NCBI RefSeq assembly: GCF_000143415.4
Contig: NW_003314422.1
Coordinates: 166,391 to 230,390, forward strand
Source of the DNA: Selaginella moellendorffii
Taxonomy: Eukaryota; Plantae; Lycopodiophyta
Direction of reading: 5' to 3'
Length of the DNA: 64,000 bases
The notes beneath the pieces are model-generated. The model was not told the origin of the DNA. It worked only from the letters and a program-made list of their open reading frames with translations, and ran no database searches. Position numbers and translations under genes: made by a program. This document shows positions 14,369 to 26,791 of this stretch, piece by piece. Numbering within the stretch: the first letter of the stretch is position 1; every line of letters starts with the position of its first letter.

Positions 14369-14434
14369 TAATCTACACAATGGAAGGATTGGTAGATTGA
14401 GTGTGGAAATGAAGGTGTTAGTTCCTCTCTTGGC

Positions 14435-15027
14435 TGTAAGCAACCAAAGGGAACGACTTGAGAGACGATCCATGGGGTTCAAATATAGAGGGAAAGGGCC
14501 CATGAACAAGAGTGCACCCCCTTTTCCAATCGGTTAAGGGTCTTGGGATACTTGGGGTTAAGCGTCCTTGGGTTTGAATAGTATTGGGCTGGGTGACCTC
14601 CCGGGAAGTCCAAACTCAAGAGCTTACATTTGGTATCGGAGCGGTCTCGAGTTCGACTCTGTTGGTTGGCTAAGGGAATCACACCACATGTTGATTGACA
14701 TCTGGCTGGTCCAGTTTGCTCCCGCTGGGCTCGACCCGAGGGGTAGGGTGTCAAGAGAGCAGGGCTCTCGGGAGAGCTGCGGCTCTCAGCTTCCATTCAC
14801 GAGGGCGTGAACTTGCAGGGAAGCGTGGTGGATTGTAAGCAACCAAAGGGAACGACTTGAGAGACGATCCATGGGGTTCAAATATATAGGGAAAGGGCCC
14901 ATGAACAAGAATGCACCCCCTTTTCCAAACGGTTAAGGGCCTTGGGATATTTGGGGTTAAGCGTCCTTGAGTGTGAATAGTACTGGGTTGGGTGACCTCC
15001 CGGGAAGTCCAAACTCAGGAGCTTACA
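14435..15027 (+). mobile_element. Cassandra TRIM with 5S rRNA-derived LTR segments
   Basis: 194-bp LTRs at 14435-14628 and 14834-15027 (TGTAAGC...GCTTACA); PBS TGGTATCGGAGC; TSD TTGGC/TTGGT. Each LTR carries GTTAAGCGTCCTTG...TAGTA(C/T)TGGG.TGGGTGACCTCCCGGGAAGTCC (14557-14611, 14956-15010), the 5S rRNA A-box/C-box region. Confidence 0.92.
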
Positions 15028-17607
15028 TTGGTTTAGTAAATTTGAACGGTGTAGAAGAATTGGTAGATTGATTAGTAAATTTGAATGGCAGGTGGATGAC
15101 TAGTTGCCTCATATGGAATAACTAAGAGATTGAGTGCGGAAATAGAGGTGTTGGTTCCTCTTTTGGCTCAGTATGGGTTATTAATCAATAGTCAATGAGG
15201 ATATTGACATCTCTTAAGAGGGGGTGAGTGTAACGCATGTGATTATGGGATGAGATTTAGATATACTGTCACCGTGGATCCTTGAAACCTTGAGGGATAA
15301 ATAGGGATAAAATAGCCACTAAGGGCTCTCTCATCAAGCAATTGGTGTAGAAGGATTGGTAGATTGATTAGTAAATTTGAATGGCAGGTGGATGATTAGT
15401 TACCTCATATGGAATAACTAAGAGATTGAGTGCGGAAATAGAGGTGTTGGTTCCTCTTTTGGCTCAGTAGGGGTTACTAATCAATAGTCAATGAGGATAT
15501 TGACATCTCTTAAGGGGGGGTGAGTGTAGCGCATGTGATCATGGGATGAGATTTGGATATACTGTCACCGTGGATCCTTGAAACTTTGAGGGATAAATAG
15601 GGATAAAATAGCCACTAAGGGCTCTCTCATCAAGCAATTGCCCTTTTTCCAGTTGGTTTAAGGGGAGAGAGATAAAGTGCGCTACACTATCTCGTTATAT
15701 TCTTTACACCGATAATAGCCACTAAGGGTTCTCTCATCAAACAATTGCCCTTTTTCCAATTGGCTTAAGGGGAGAAAGATAAAGTGCACTACACTATCTC
15801 GTTATACTCTTTACACCAATAGTATACTTCATCTTGAAAGTGTTGTCCCACTATAGCTAATTGTTCGCCACTAACCAAGAGGTAGCCTTAATCTTCTTTT
15901 GCTCATCGCCCATTGGCAGCAACATATCACCCCTCATTACTCAAAAGGGACAGCCAACATTCTTTTCCAAAGACACCACCATACCTCCACATCTCCATCC
16001 TCTCAAGCTGGTGTTGGTGCCAAAACTCCTAGTCTAACTCATTCTCTATCCAGTTTTGCATCACATTGCAGCACCATAAAGTCTCCAAATTTGAGACACC
16101 ACCATGGCCAAGGTTGCCCCTTCTTTGCCTTGCTCATTGCTCAATAGATCATTTTGTATTCATTTCTTAAGTGTTTCTTTGCATGTTTCACTCTTGCTCT
16201 CAATTTTTCAAGTCAAACTTTTGATCTAAATTTTATATGCTTATTAGACTTCTACCACTCCATATGGTGCACCTTTGGATCAACTTTGGGATTTACAAAT
16301 TAAATGTCTTATATAATAAATAATTTTTTTTAAAATGGAAGTACTAATTTTTGGTAGTTAATGTTTCTACCATTAATTGCAAAAGCCTAAAATTTTATAA
16401 ACCATAATATAATTCCAGATTACTCAAGGGGTAAAATACTGTATATTATTTTTTTTTCAAAATTTAATCTAAAGAGAACTTTTACAAAATTAAATCTTCT
16501 TACTACATAGCATTGGTATTAATTTTTCATAAACACTACTTTAATATGTAATTGCAAATATGGTAAAAGGGAAAAGGTATATAAATTTCATATTAAATAA
16601 TCTTATATATTTTAGAAAATCAAGATATTAATTTGTCAACAGTGTCCCTTTATATAAATAAATCAAAAACACTGAAAAAAAACAAACTCCCGACCTAAGT
16701 TGCATGATATTTACAATGTGTTTATTCTTTTGGGTTGATATTCCAAAGTTTAAATGTAAAATATATAACACACCAAAGAATAGAAGCCACATCTTTTATT
16801 ATGTGGATAGGAGTAAATAAAATACTCACACCCAGGGTTCTTCTTTGAATGTAAGGTTGGAACTTCCATTTCACCACTGCCAAATGCATACATTCTCATT
16901 TCATAAGCTGAAGGTTGCTTAAAACTTGCATTTTCCACCTTAATTTGTAAAATATAGTAATAATAACTTGTGCTTTAAGATTTTGATCTTCAATCTTTGT
17001 AGGTGATCTCATAAAACCATAAAAACACCAAACTATAAAGTTAATTATATATAAGCCATAATCTTGCTTAAATCTTCTTATGCAGAAGGAAGCTTTTATA
17101 AAACCTTATGCTCACAAGAAGGTTTGTGTGGACCACCTCTTCACTTGGAACCACTATGCAACAAAGAGTCTTCACTTTTCTAGTTGGAGTGTCTTTCTTG
17201 TCATGTAGCTCGTTGCCTAAGGGAACATCAATTAAGCCTCATCCTCTACCTTGTCTAGAGCATCTAACATAGCCTTGTCATATAAAGCATCCACCTATGA
17301 ACTTGGGGTGTCAAGTTCATGAGAAGGCTTAAAGGCCTCCTCCATTGCCATGCTATATAGAGCCTCCTTCATTATCACATTGCTCCTATGTGAAGGGTCC
17401 TCTTGTATTACATCACAAAGACAATCCTTCTTTGCCACTTTACATCAGACATTATTGTGCTCAACCACCACCTCACGATGTTCCACCACAACTATGATTG
17501 TTAAATGTAATTGTACTATATGGCCTACAACAACAACCTTATAAAGAAAAATAATCCAGATAATATTTAACACAAAACTTACATATCATAGATGATCATC
17601 ACACTAT

Positions 17608-17707
17608 NNNNNNNNNNNNNNNNNNNNNNNNNNNNNNNNNNNNNNNNNNNNNNNNNNNNNNNNNNNNNNNNNNNNNNNNNNNNNNNNNNNNNNNNNNNNN
17701 NNNNNNN
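17608..17707. other. Assembly gap (100 N)
   Basis: Run of N. Confidence 1.
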
Positions 17708-17857
17708 TACTTTCACTTCTAACCCTAAATGACCAGAAATTATAGAAAAACTTGCATCCAAATGAGGGTCTAGAGGACTGTCCTGATTTAGTTTCTAGAG
17801 TTCCATATTAAACTTAAAAAACTTTTGAAAGATATAATAAAAAGACATACATTTGCA

Positions 17858-18387
<530 letters not shown>

Positions 18388-18946
18388 TGCATTTACGCAA
18401 TCCTTTACACAATCCTCCTTTATGCAATCACATATTAGTTACCATACACTTGTGTCCAACAAGTGAACTAATCAATAACAAGAACCATTTCCCATTCTTA
18501 GGAACTTTTGAAATTTATATTATTTTAAATGTAATACCTACCAATTAATTTACCAGATTTGGTAGTTTGACAAATATACTACATTAAAATGAATTACTTA
18601 ATAATTTTTCTTACTTAGCATATGTTTATACCAACATAACCTAGTCATGAACCTCGCATGAAACCACAAAGCTAAGAACTTTCGGAGGCAATTCATATTC
18701 TTCTGTGTTGAATTCGTGCACTTGGTCATGTTACATGTGTAATATATTTTATATGTATGCATATATATATTTTATTTATTGTTTATTGACTAAACTAAGA
18801 TAACAAAAGTGAAATGCACATATATTTGAAGTGTTTAATGTAAAAAATTCAAATGTTGCAATTACCACTGTACATGAGACCTATTTGATTTATTCATACC
18901 AGTTATGCAAAAAAAAGTCACCAATTAATTTCATTAACTAATATAT

Positions 18947-20179
18947 ACTCCAAGACAAAGGTTGAAGGCGAGTATTCCTTCTTCTCTGCATCCATCGATG
19001 CCGACATAGGGCAAGCGTCTGCGAACAGTTTGGTAAACGCATTCAGCAAGGTGCAGTACCGAGTGGATTTGTACACTCTTCAGCTTCCTCCCCACCATAC
19101 TGAGCTCCTGCGGGCCAATGCAAAGCAGGCCATCGACACCATGAGCGATCTAACTGTGCTCTTTGATACTTACGGTACTCATTACTTGGCTGGCCTCATC
19201 ATGGGTGGCACTGCGGTCTTCACTCAGTCACGAACGAGAGCACCTTCGACTCGAAGTTCGACCTCGGCATTGCCGCTCAAATGTCTTACAAGAACGTGGT
19301 GGGCAGCATCACTGTTGAGGAGAAAAGCGAAAGCATCAAGTCATTTCAGGAGTCAAGCCGCATCAAGCTCAACACCACTGGCGGAGACCCCGGTCTTGGG
19401 GGAGTACATTTCCCCGATCATGCAGACGGGTGGAGCGCCAGTGTTATAAACTACATAGCGTTCATCGACTTCCTTGGTGAACTAAGCCTGGTCGGGATCT
19501 GGAAGCTTGCTTCCACCCCAGCACGAGCACAGCAGATTCTGGACTTCTGACCCAAATACTGTGAGCTGAAACAGAAGCATTATGGGAGCGACGGTCCACT
19601 GCTCCGTGCCAGGATAGTTCCTATTAAAAGGCAGTTCACCGACGAAGGCAGCGGCGCACACATGGATCTTTCTGTCTGCATTCCGGACGTTGGTGGTGGC
19701 TGGTATTACCTCGGCCAAGTTGCATTCCCTGGAGGAGAAGCCAAGAGATCTACCCAGGTTCAGGAGCGCTTGTCGACGTACACCACTGGGAGAAGGTGTG
19801 GGATGACCATGGTTCAGGCAAGAGCAAGAATTACAGCCTCTGGCACGGTGTTGCGTTCGACCCAGTGGACTACATTGTCTTGAGCGACTTCTTCCGGGGT
19901 GGTGTGGACAACCAGGACGCTCCCACAAAGGAGGAGACAGCTGGTATCGAGGCTGTCTCAGTCAGCTGCCTCGTATCCAGTGGGGTGGTCATGGGTGGTC
20001 TGATATGGAACGATAGTGGCACAGGTGCCTCAGACGATGCATCTGTTTGGGCCATTGATCCTACTGCCCCGGTTTCCGTCGATGAGTTCCAGCCTTACTA
20101 CGTCGCAGAAAAGAGTCACAACGTTCCCACCCGTCCAGTGTACGTGCTCAAGAAGTCGGCTGTCCGTTTTGGGGACTAG
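18947..20179 (+). pseudogene. 5'-truncated MACPF + Vps62/beta-tripod-like pseudogene
   Basis: Paralogue of 22036-23540 starting at SKTKVEG, with YGTHYLAGLIMGG. Frameshift ~19225, TGA at 19548 where the paralogue has TAC, and a 22-nt deletion ~19742. Confidence 0.92.
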
Positions 20180-20243
20180 ACTTGATTATTATGGGTAAAA
20201 TAAAGTTGCTTAAATAAAGATGGACCCAAGTTTGTAAGCAGCT

Positions 20244-21890
20244 TCTCGCATTCTTTCTCTTCCCGCAAGGGATTTCCAGCGCCATGATTTTCCAGTTCGT
20301 GGACATGAGGCCTTTTCAAGAGCATGTTCAGGAAAACTGGATCATCCCGGACAGTTGCAGAACCTCTGCAGTTTGCATATAGTGGTTCTGTTGCAAAAAG
20401 AAAAAAATGCGAACAAGAACGTCAATACAGTATCGAGTAGTCTGTAGACGTTTATTGTCGTCAGTAATACGGGACTGTTTCATCGATTAATCCGAGGTCT
20501 CTACCCACCGGAGTAAGACGACTATCTGCATTATCTGCCCGAAGTAGCAGACGATGTTTTGAACGGCTGCATCTGAAAAGCATTAAAAAATGCAAGTTAA
20601 GTGTGGCTCTCTCAGTTCTACGTTGCCAGGTCGTCTATTAGTGCTCCTATATATGAGCGTCTCCCTTTCCGGGACAAAAGAATTTTTCTTACAGAAATAT
20701 CTTGTAGAATTAACACCTGCTACAAAACCCTGCATTGTAATCAACACATTTTTATCGACAGCCCGAACACCACCTATACCTGAGCAGCAGCTTCTTCATA
20801 TCCAGTTGTTCCAATTATCTGACCACTGAAATATAAACCCTCTATCTTCTTTGTCATTCAGGCAAATATTCATACTCCACGGCATATGCTGGTCGCAGCA
20901 TGGCTAAGTCAGGAAAGGTTGCTCTAAAAATATTTGGTGGCTGTCTTTGTCTTTACATCTGACAATCTAGAATCCAAAGCAATATCAGAATATTTACATG
21001 CTTTCATACCATAAATATTTGACCTTGTCTTCGATGGAAGGGCAATATCTGCGGCCTTTCGATTCCACCCATCCTCCATATGTTGGAGTTTCAAGTTAAT
21101 TATCCTTGATGAGCTTGTGAGTCTCTGGCGTCGTCCGTGTAATGTAGCAACACTGCTAGTCTCTCTCAACGTCATCGTCACCAGGCTGGGACTCCAATCT
21201 GCTTGTATCCACAGTCCAAACGTCTACCCTTGCGGGAGTTCCCGTTTTAAGCCTGTCGATCTCAAAACCAAAAGTTCTCCGTAAGTCCTTGCGATGCGGA
21301 CTCGCCCGCTCCCCCTGCGCTCATGGATTTGCGTCCAACCCATATCTTTCCATTCATAAGGGTCCTGGTCGTCAGAACCACCGCTGGTGCAAAGAAACTA
21401 ACGCCGAAGAAGGTGCCGACCCCTTCAACATCGTCGTTTCTTCCAACCAGCACCTCAGTCACCATAGACTCCCGGATAAACAGATTCTCTGTTCTGAAAG
21501 TTAGCCAAGAACAATATAAATCCCATAGAAAGATCGAAAGAAAAAGAAAACGCTTACGTTTCCACGACCTTCTTCATCTCTCTAGCGTGCTCCCTCTTGT
21601 CGGTTTGGGCACGCAAAGCCCACACCGCAGGACCTTTGGAACGATTCAACACTCGCCTTTGCAAGGAAGGATAGACAATTGGCAACAAGAAAGAAGATAA
21701 ATAAAAATCGCGAGATTTCTTTGTTTACCTGCCTATCGAGAGCAATGTGCGAGCTCCCATTCTCAGCCGGCATGGCCGCCTCCAACAACGATGACATCAA
21801 ATCGTGCTCCTTCGCTGTGCGTGCAAGAGATTGGAGAAGGAAAATCGCGAGATTTCGGAGATTTACAGGTGGAGTCAGCCATAAACCCTA
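20244..21890 (-). pseudogene. mnmG: gidA/mnmG duplicate pseudogene (introns retained, many deletions, 3' truncated)
   Basis: Colinear high-identity copy of ~9130-11410, including intron sequences and the start context AGCCATAAACCCTA; multiple frame-breaking deletions. Confidence 0.95.
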
Positions 21891-22035
21891 ATAGATTGTT
21901 AAGATTATGCCTACTGAACTAGTCGTATTTAACTTTTTACTGAACCAATGAAATTGATATAGTGGCATCTTTAGCAAATGCTTTCGCTTATTCAGGTATT
22001 AGATATCGATTATTCAGGCATTAGATAGGTGGACT

Positions 22036-23540
22036 CTAGGCCTCAAGAAGGACGGCCGATTTCTTGAGCACGTACACTGGACGGTTGGGCTGGCTGTGAC
22101 TCCCTACCGCAACATAGTAAGGCTCAATTTTGCTCGAGTCTATGGCACCCTGGTCAGGAGGAAGAATCTTCCAAACAGACGCATCATTTGAGGCATGTGT
22201 GCCAATGTCGTTCCATATCATACTGCCCACCTTAGCAGGTACCACGCAGCTCACAGAGACGTCCTTGATACCAGCTGCCTCCCCTTTTGTGGGAGCGTCC
22301 TGGTTGTCCACACCACCCTGGAAGAAGTCGCTCAAGACAACGTAGTCCACCGGGTCGAATGCAAGGCCACGCCAGAGGTTGAAGTTCTTGCTCTTGTGTG
22401 AACCTGTATCATCCCACAGTTTCTCCCATTTCTGTACTTCAACAAGCGCTCCTGAACCTGGGTAGATCTCTTGAACCACCAATGTATTACCCCTGGCGTC
22501 TCCTCCAGGGAATGCAACTTGGCCGAGGTAATACCAGCCACCACCAATGTCTGGAATGCAGACGCTGAGATCCTTGCTTGCACCGCTGCCGTCGTCGTTG
22601 AACTGCCGTTTCAGAAGTGGAACTATCCTGGCACGGAGCATTGGACCATCGCTCCCATAATGCTTCTGCTTCTGCTCACAGTACGTGGGGTAGAAGTCCA
22701 GAATCTCCTGTGCTCGCTCTGGGGTGGAAGCAAGCTTCCAGATCCCGACCAGGCTTAGTTCACCAAGGAAGTCGATGAACGCTATGTAGTTTATAACACT
22801 GGCGCTCCAATCGTCTGCATGGTCGTGAAAAGTACTCCCCCGAGACCGGGGTCTCCGCCAGTCGTGTTGAGGCTGATTCGGCTTGACTCCTGAAATGACT
22901 TGATGCTTTCCTTGTACTGTTGCTCCTCCGATGCGCTGATGCTGCTCACCGCGCTCTTGTAAGACATTTGTGCGACGATGCTGAGGTCGTACTCTGAGCT
23001 GTAGGTGGTCTTGTCCGTAACCGACGTGTAGACTGCGGTCCCACCCATGATCAGCCCAGCGAGGTAGTGAGTACCGTAAGTATCAAAGAGCACAGTTAGA
23101 TCGCTCATGGTGTCAATGTCCTTCTTTGCATTGGTCCGTAAGTACTCGGTATGGTAGGGAGGAAGCTGAAGAGTGTACAAATCGACTCGGTATTGTACTT
23201 TACTGAATGCATTTAGCAAGCTGTTCGCAGAAGCTTCCCCTATGTCAGCTTCAATGGAAGAAGAGAAGAAGGGGAAATTGCCTTCAACCTTTGTCTTGGA
23301 GTTCAAGCTGCTGCTATATTCCTGGATGGAATTACCGGAAATGGATTGTACGGAGGTGCCGATGCTTGAGTGATAGCTGATGGGCTTGGGCATTGAGAAA
23401 CTCTTGGAACCCACCACCACGGTTTGGTAATCATCCCCAAAGTTGAAGAGGTTGCTGAGGCAGCTCTTCACGTCGGCATAGTAGCCATTCAGGACATTAT
23501 AACCGGAGCCAAGGATCTCGCAGCCAGGGAGTGTATCCAT
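22036..23540 (-). CDS. Intronless MACPF/perforin-like protein with C-terminal Vps62(DUF946)/beta-tripod-like domain; one 1-nt frameshift near 22828
   Basis: LPGCEILGSGYNVL start, MACPF signature YGTHYLAGLIMGG, GGD, then IWKLA. The C-terminus has three (W/F)xDxG(S/T)...D.S.W-type repeats. ORFs 22791-23540 and 22036-22641 join into ~501 aa if one base is restored, as judged from the paralogue. Confidence 0.88.
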
Positions 23541-23858
23541 ATTTACAATTGAAAGAACAAGAAGGAGAAAGAATAGCTTTGATGATGTTCAATGCGAATC
23601 ACTCCGCTCCGTTTTGTAGCTTGATTTGGTCGGCACTAAAACCAAAAGACACCCAACGTGTTTCATGCAGTCCGTCGCTCTTATGCCATGTATGCAAGTT
23701 GGTGTCAAAAAACTCAGTGATGATGATATTTAAGCTACTGTGTCACGATTGCGACAGGGAATCCAGAGTAACCATCGAGCACCAAAGGCCTCTGTCATCC
23801 CGTGTTAATTTTTCCTTGGGTACTTGGAGGAAAATTTGTAATAAATCGTGAACCTGGT

Positions 23859-26051
23859 TCAGAGGGACTCCGGGACCAGTGTTTCTGGGGGCTGCCTCGA
23901 TTTACCAATCTCTTTGTACTTGTACCACTTGGAACAGGCAAGATAGAACAGGAAGTTGACGGAGCTCATAGCAGCCAGAAGCCAGTAGAAATTGCTCAAC
24001 TTACTCCTGTTGAGGTTATTGGTAAGCCAACCAGGTTGATCGCCATGGCTTGTAACTCGGTTGACGATAGTGACGACCGCTGTACTAAGAAAGTGACCGA
24101 CTGCTATAGTACTGAGGTAGAGCGCAGTCCCAAAACTTCGCATATGCCGTGGAGACTCCTTGTAGAAAAATTCAAGCTGGCCGACTTGTGTGAAGATTTC
24201 AGTGGTACCTCGGAGAAAATACTGCGGGATCAACCAAAAGATGGTAATTGGAAGCACTGCCTTGGGTTTATCCAGGAAACCATACTTCCTAGCTGTGTCA
24301 ATCCGCCTTGCTTCAACCAAAGCCGCAGAAACCATGGACAGTATCGAGGCTAGTATTCCAATACCGATCCTCTGAAGAGCTGTTATTCCCTGCTCATGGC
24401 CAGTGAACTTTCTTGCGAATGGAACGAAGAACTTGTCATAGAGTGGCAAGAAGAGCAAGACGTTGATGAGCTCGAAAACGGACATAGACGCTGGCGGGAA
24501 GACAAAACGGGGACCCAAGCGCCGTTGCATGGTGGCTCCCTGCTCGACCGAGAAAGTTTCCATCTGTGCTAGAGCAGTCCATACGAACGCCGTGGTAGCC
24601 CATATTGGAAGCAGTCTTAAAACCATCTTCACTTCCTCAACCTGGGTGACGGTACATAAATGCCACGGGCTTTTCTCATACATTCCTGGCCGTAGTATGG
24701 CTGCTCTATCCAGAAAGCTACAACAGAGTAAAGAAAAACAAGCTACAAACTTTGAGGAGACTCATGAAACAAAACTGGAAGCTTACCGGAACTGGTTACT
24801 GTGTTCGATTTTCTGATCTGGCTTCTCGTCTTCGTACAGCTCCCCAGCATCAGCAGGGTATGCCGCATTCTTCTTCGTCAAAGCTGCAACAATGACCTGA
24901 GCAATACGAGTCAGCGAGCTTCCACTGGGTGGCTTGTATCTGTACAGAGGAGCACCCAGGCAAAATACTACAATGGCCCCAACCAGCAAGCCAGACGGGA
25001 TGCCAAATCCCCAGCCAAACCCGACGTTATCCTGGAGGTACACAAACACCGTGATCGATATCAAGGATCCCACAGAGATGATGAAGTAGAACCAGTTGAA
25101 GAAGCTGGACATATGTTTACTCTCGTGGGGATCTCCCTCGTCAAACTGGTCAGCTCCCATGGAGGATACGTTGGGCTTGATGCCTCCGTTGCCAAGAGCA
25201 ACGAGGTAAAGTCCTGTGAAGAGCACAGCAATCTGCGAGCCATGAGCTCTCGGACATATAACTTGTGAAGGATCCGAGCACTTGGGCGGTCTTAGCGATG
25301 GGAGCACGGCTGAAATCGTCAAGAGAACCATTCCCTGGGATCGGAATTGTGAGTGATCGCAAGAAGCAAATTCGCTGCCAAGTACTCACTGCTAACTGGA
25401 CTGATGCAAAGAGGTTGATCGTCAAGAACCGACCAAGATACGCGTCCGCTAAGAAGCCTCCAATAAAAGGGGTCAGATACAATGTACCGACGAAGTTTGA
25501 GACCATGTTCGCTGCTTTTGGAATAGCGATGTGCATCTCATTCACGAAATAGGTGACCAGATTCCGCTGGAGTCCCAGCGAAGCCATTCTTTCGCATAGT
25601 TCCATGCCTGTTTTTCGTGACGATCTCGGTCATGGTCGATGATCGCTAGGATGATTCAAGAAGAGAAATCGTACCGAAAATAAGAGGCGCGGCTTTCCAT
25701 CCTCCGGTTTTGGCTTTGGTTGCGGGCGCGTCCCGGAAATCCACCGAGCCATCGGTAGTAGTGGCAGGATTTTGCGCAACCAGAGCGCGCTCTAGATCTT
25801 CATCCAACATGACGGGTGCCTGTTTGAAATCAATGACAAGATTTCCTTTAGAGATCTCTATACCACTGTTTCTAAACATGACCATCAAGAAGCTCAACAA
25901 GAATCGACATAGAGGAGCGAAACCGCGAAGAAGATCGAATGAGAAAAACGAGAAGGAACAGCAAGGATCGTCAGAATGCGATTGAATGCAAGGGGATTCT
26001 ACTCACGACCTGCTTGGGTTGCGTCTCCGGAGGAGTGTTGCTGGCGTGCAT
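23859..26051 (-). CDS. NRT1/PTR family (NPF) transporter, NPF6-like
   Basis: TGGWKAAPLIFG, ELCERMASLG (ExxER), GGFLADAYLGRF, GGIKPNVSSMGADQFDE, SFFNWFYF, CTVTQVEEVK, GQLEFFY. Start is either ATG 26051 (short upstream exon spliced in frame) or ATG 25810. Confidence 0.95.
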
Positions 26052-26791
26052 TGACGCTCCACTTTGAATACCCTAAATAAGCTCTGGCTTTATCCAAATA
26101 AAAAATAAAAAAAATGAGTTGTTTCATATTGATCGATCCTGTTCTTGAAATTCATGTTTCTGTGGTTGGAGGCTTATCACAGTTGGTCCGCCAGCGGGAG
26201 TTCTATCAAGCTCAACGAATCGAAAGCTTGCAATCCAGGAACTATCCAAGGATTCTTGTCGAATGCTAGATGAGACTCCGCTCCACAAACCGCGAGACTA
26301 TCCAGTTCATAGAGGCGTGGGAAAGCTTCACACAGGAGAAGACAAACAACAGCCCACAAACCAGGACGCAACCCAGAATGAAGAAAAAAGAAGATTGATA
26401 CCGACATGGAGGACCTTGAAAGAATATAAGACCTTTAGATCATTAGACCAAACTTCCTTTTGATTTGTGATTAAATTTAGGGCAAGGATTCCAACTTCTG
26501 TATTTTTCTCTGTTCATCCAGATTAAATCTTTTGTCACGCGCTTTCGATTTGATCTAATACATGATATTCAAAACGTAGCGAGTGAGAGTGATCTTCGTT
26601 TATGCAAACGTTCAAATAATTAATATATCCAGAATATTGAAGCATTGATCCGCACTAACCAAAATGCTACAAGCCCAAGCATAAGTGTTAAGTCAGGATA
26701 ATAGGATAAAGAAAAGGCCTTATCATAGATGTGTAAAGGATAGAATCCTAATAATCCCGTTTGCCCAAAAACCCTAAATCTCAAACAGGGG

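Larger units (their letters stand above)
13392..15686 (+). mobile_element. Complete non-autonomous LTR element (TRIM), 162-bp LTRs, 5-bp TSD CTATC
   Basis: LTRs at 13392-13553 and 15525-15686 with T(G/A)TAGCGCA...TGCGCTACA ends. Met-tRNA PBS TGGTATCAGAG at 13556; PPT AAGGGGGGGTGAG before the 3' LTR; CTATC at 13387-13391 and 15687-15691. Internal ~297-bp tandem duplication includes a partial LTR (~15228-15344). Confidence 0.92.
12900..16200 (-). mobile_element. Degenerate LINE (L1-like) 3' remnant, interrupted by a TRIM
   Basis: Removing the TRIM restores zf-RVT-like KKIKATSWLVANN...CKEYNEIEILQQVLWEYDVPKEV*QQILKV. A homologous stretch lies at ~43.9-44.2 kb. Boundaries approximate. Confidence 0.55.

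Noticed and set aside
14557-15010. 5S rRNA genes
   Set aside because: Only ~55-nt internal 5S segments embedded in Cassandra LTRs; not full rRNA genes.
22820-22840. Programmed ribosomal frameshift in the MACPF gene
   Set aside because: No X XXY YYZ slippery heptamer, and the paralogue is in frame here.
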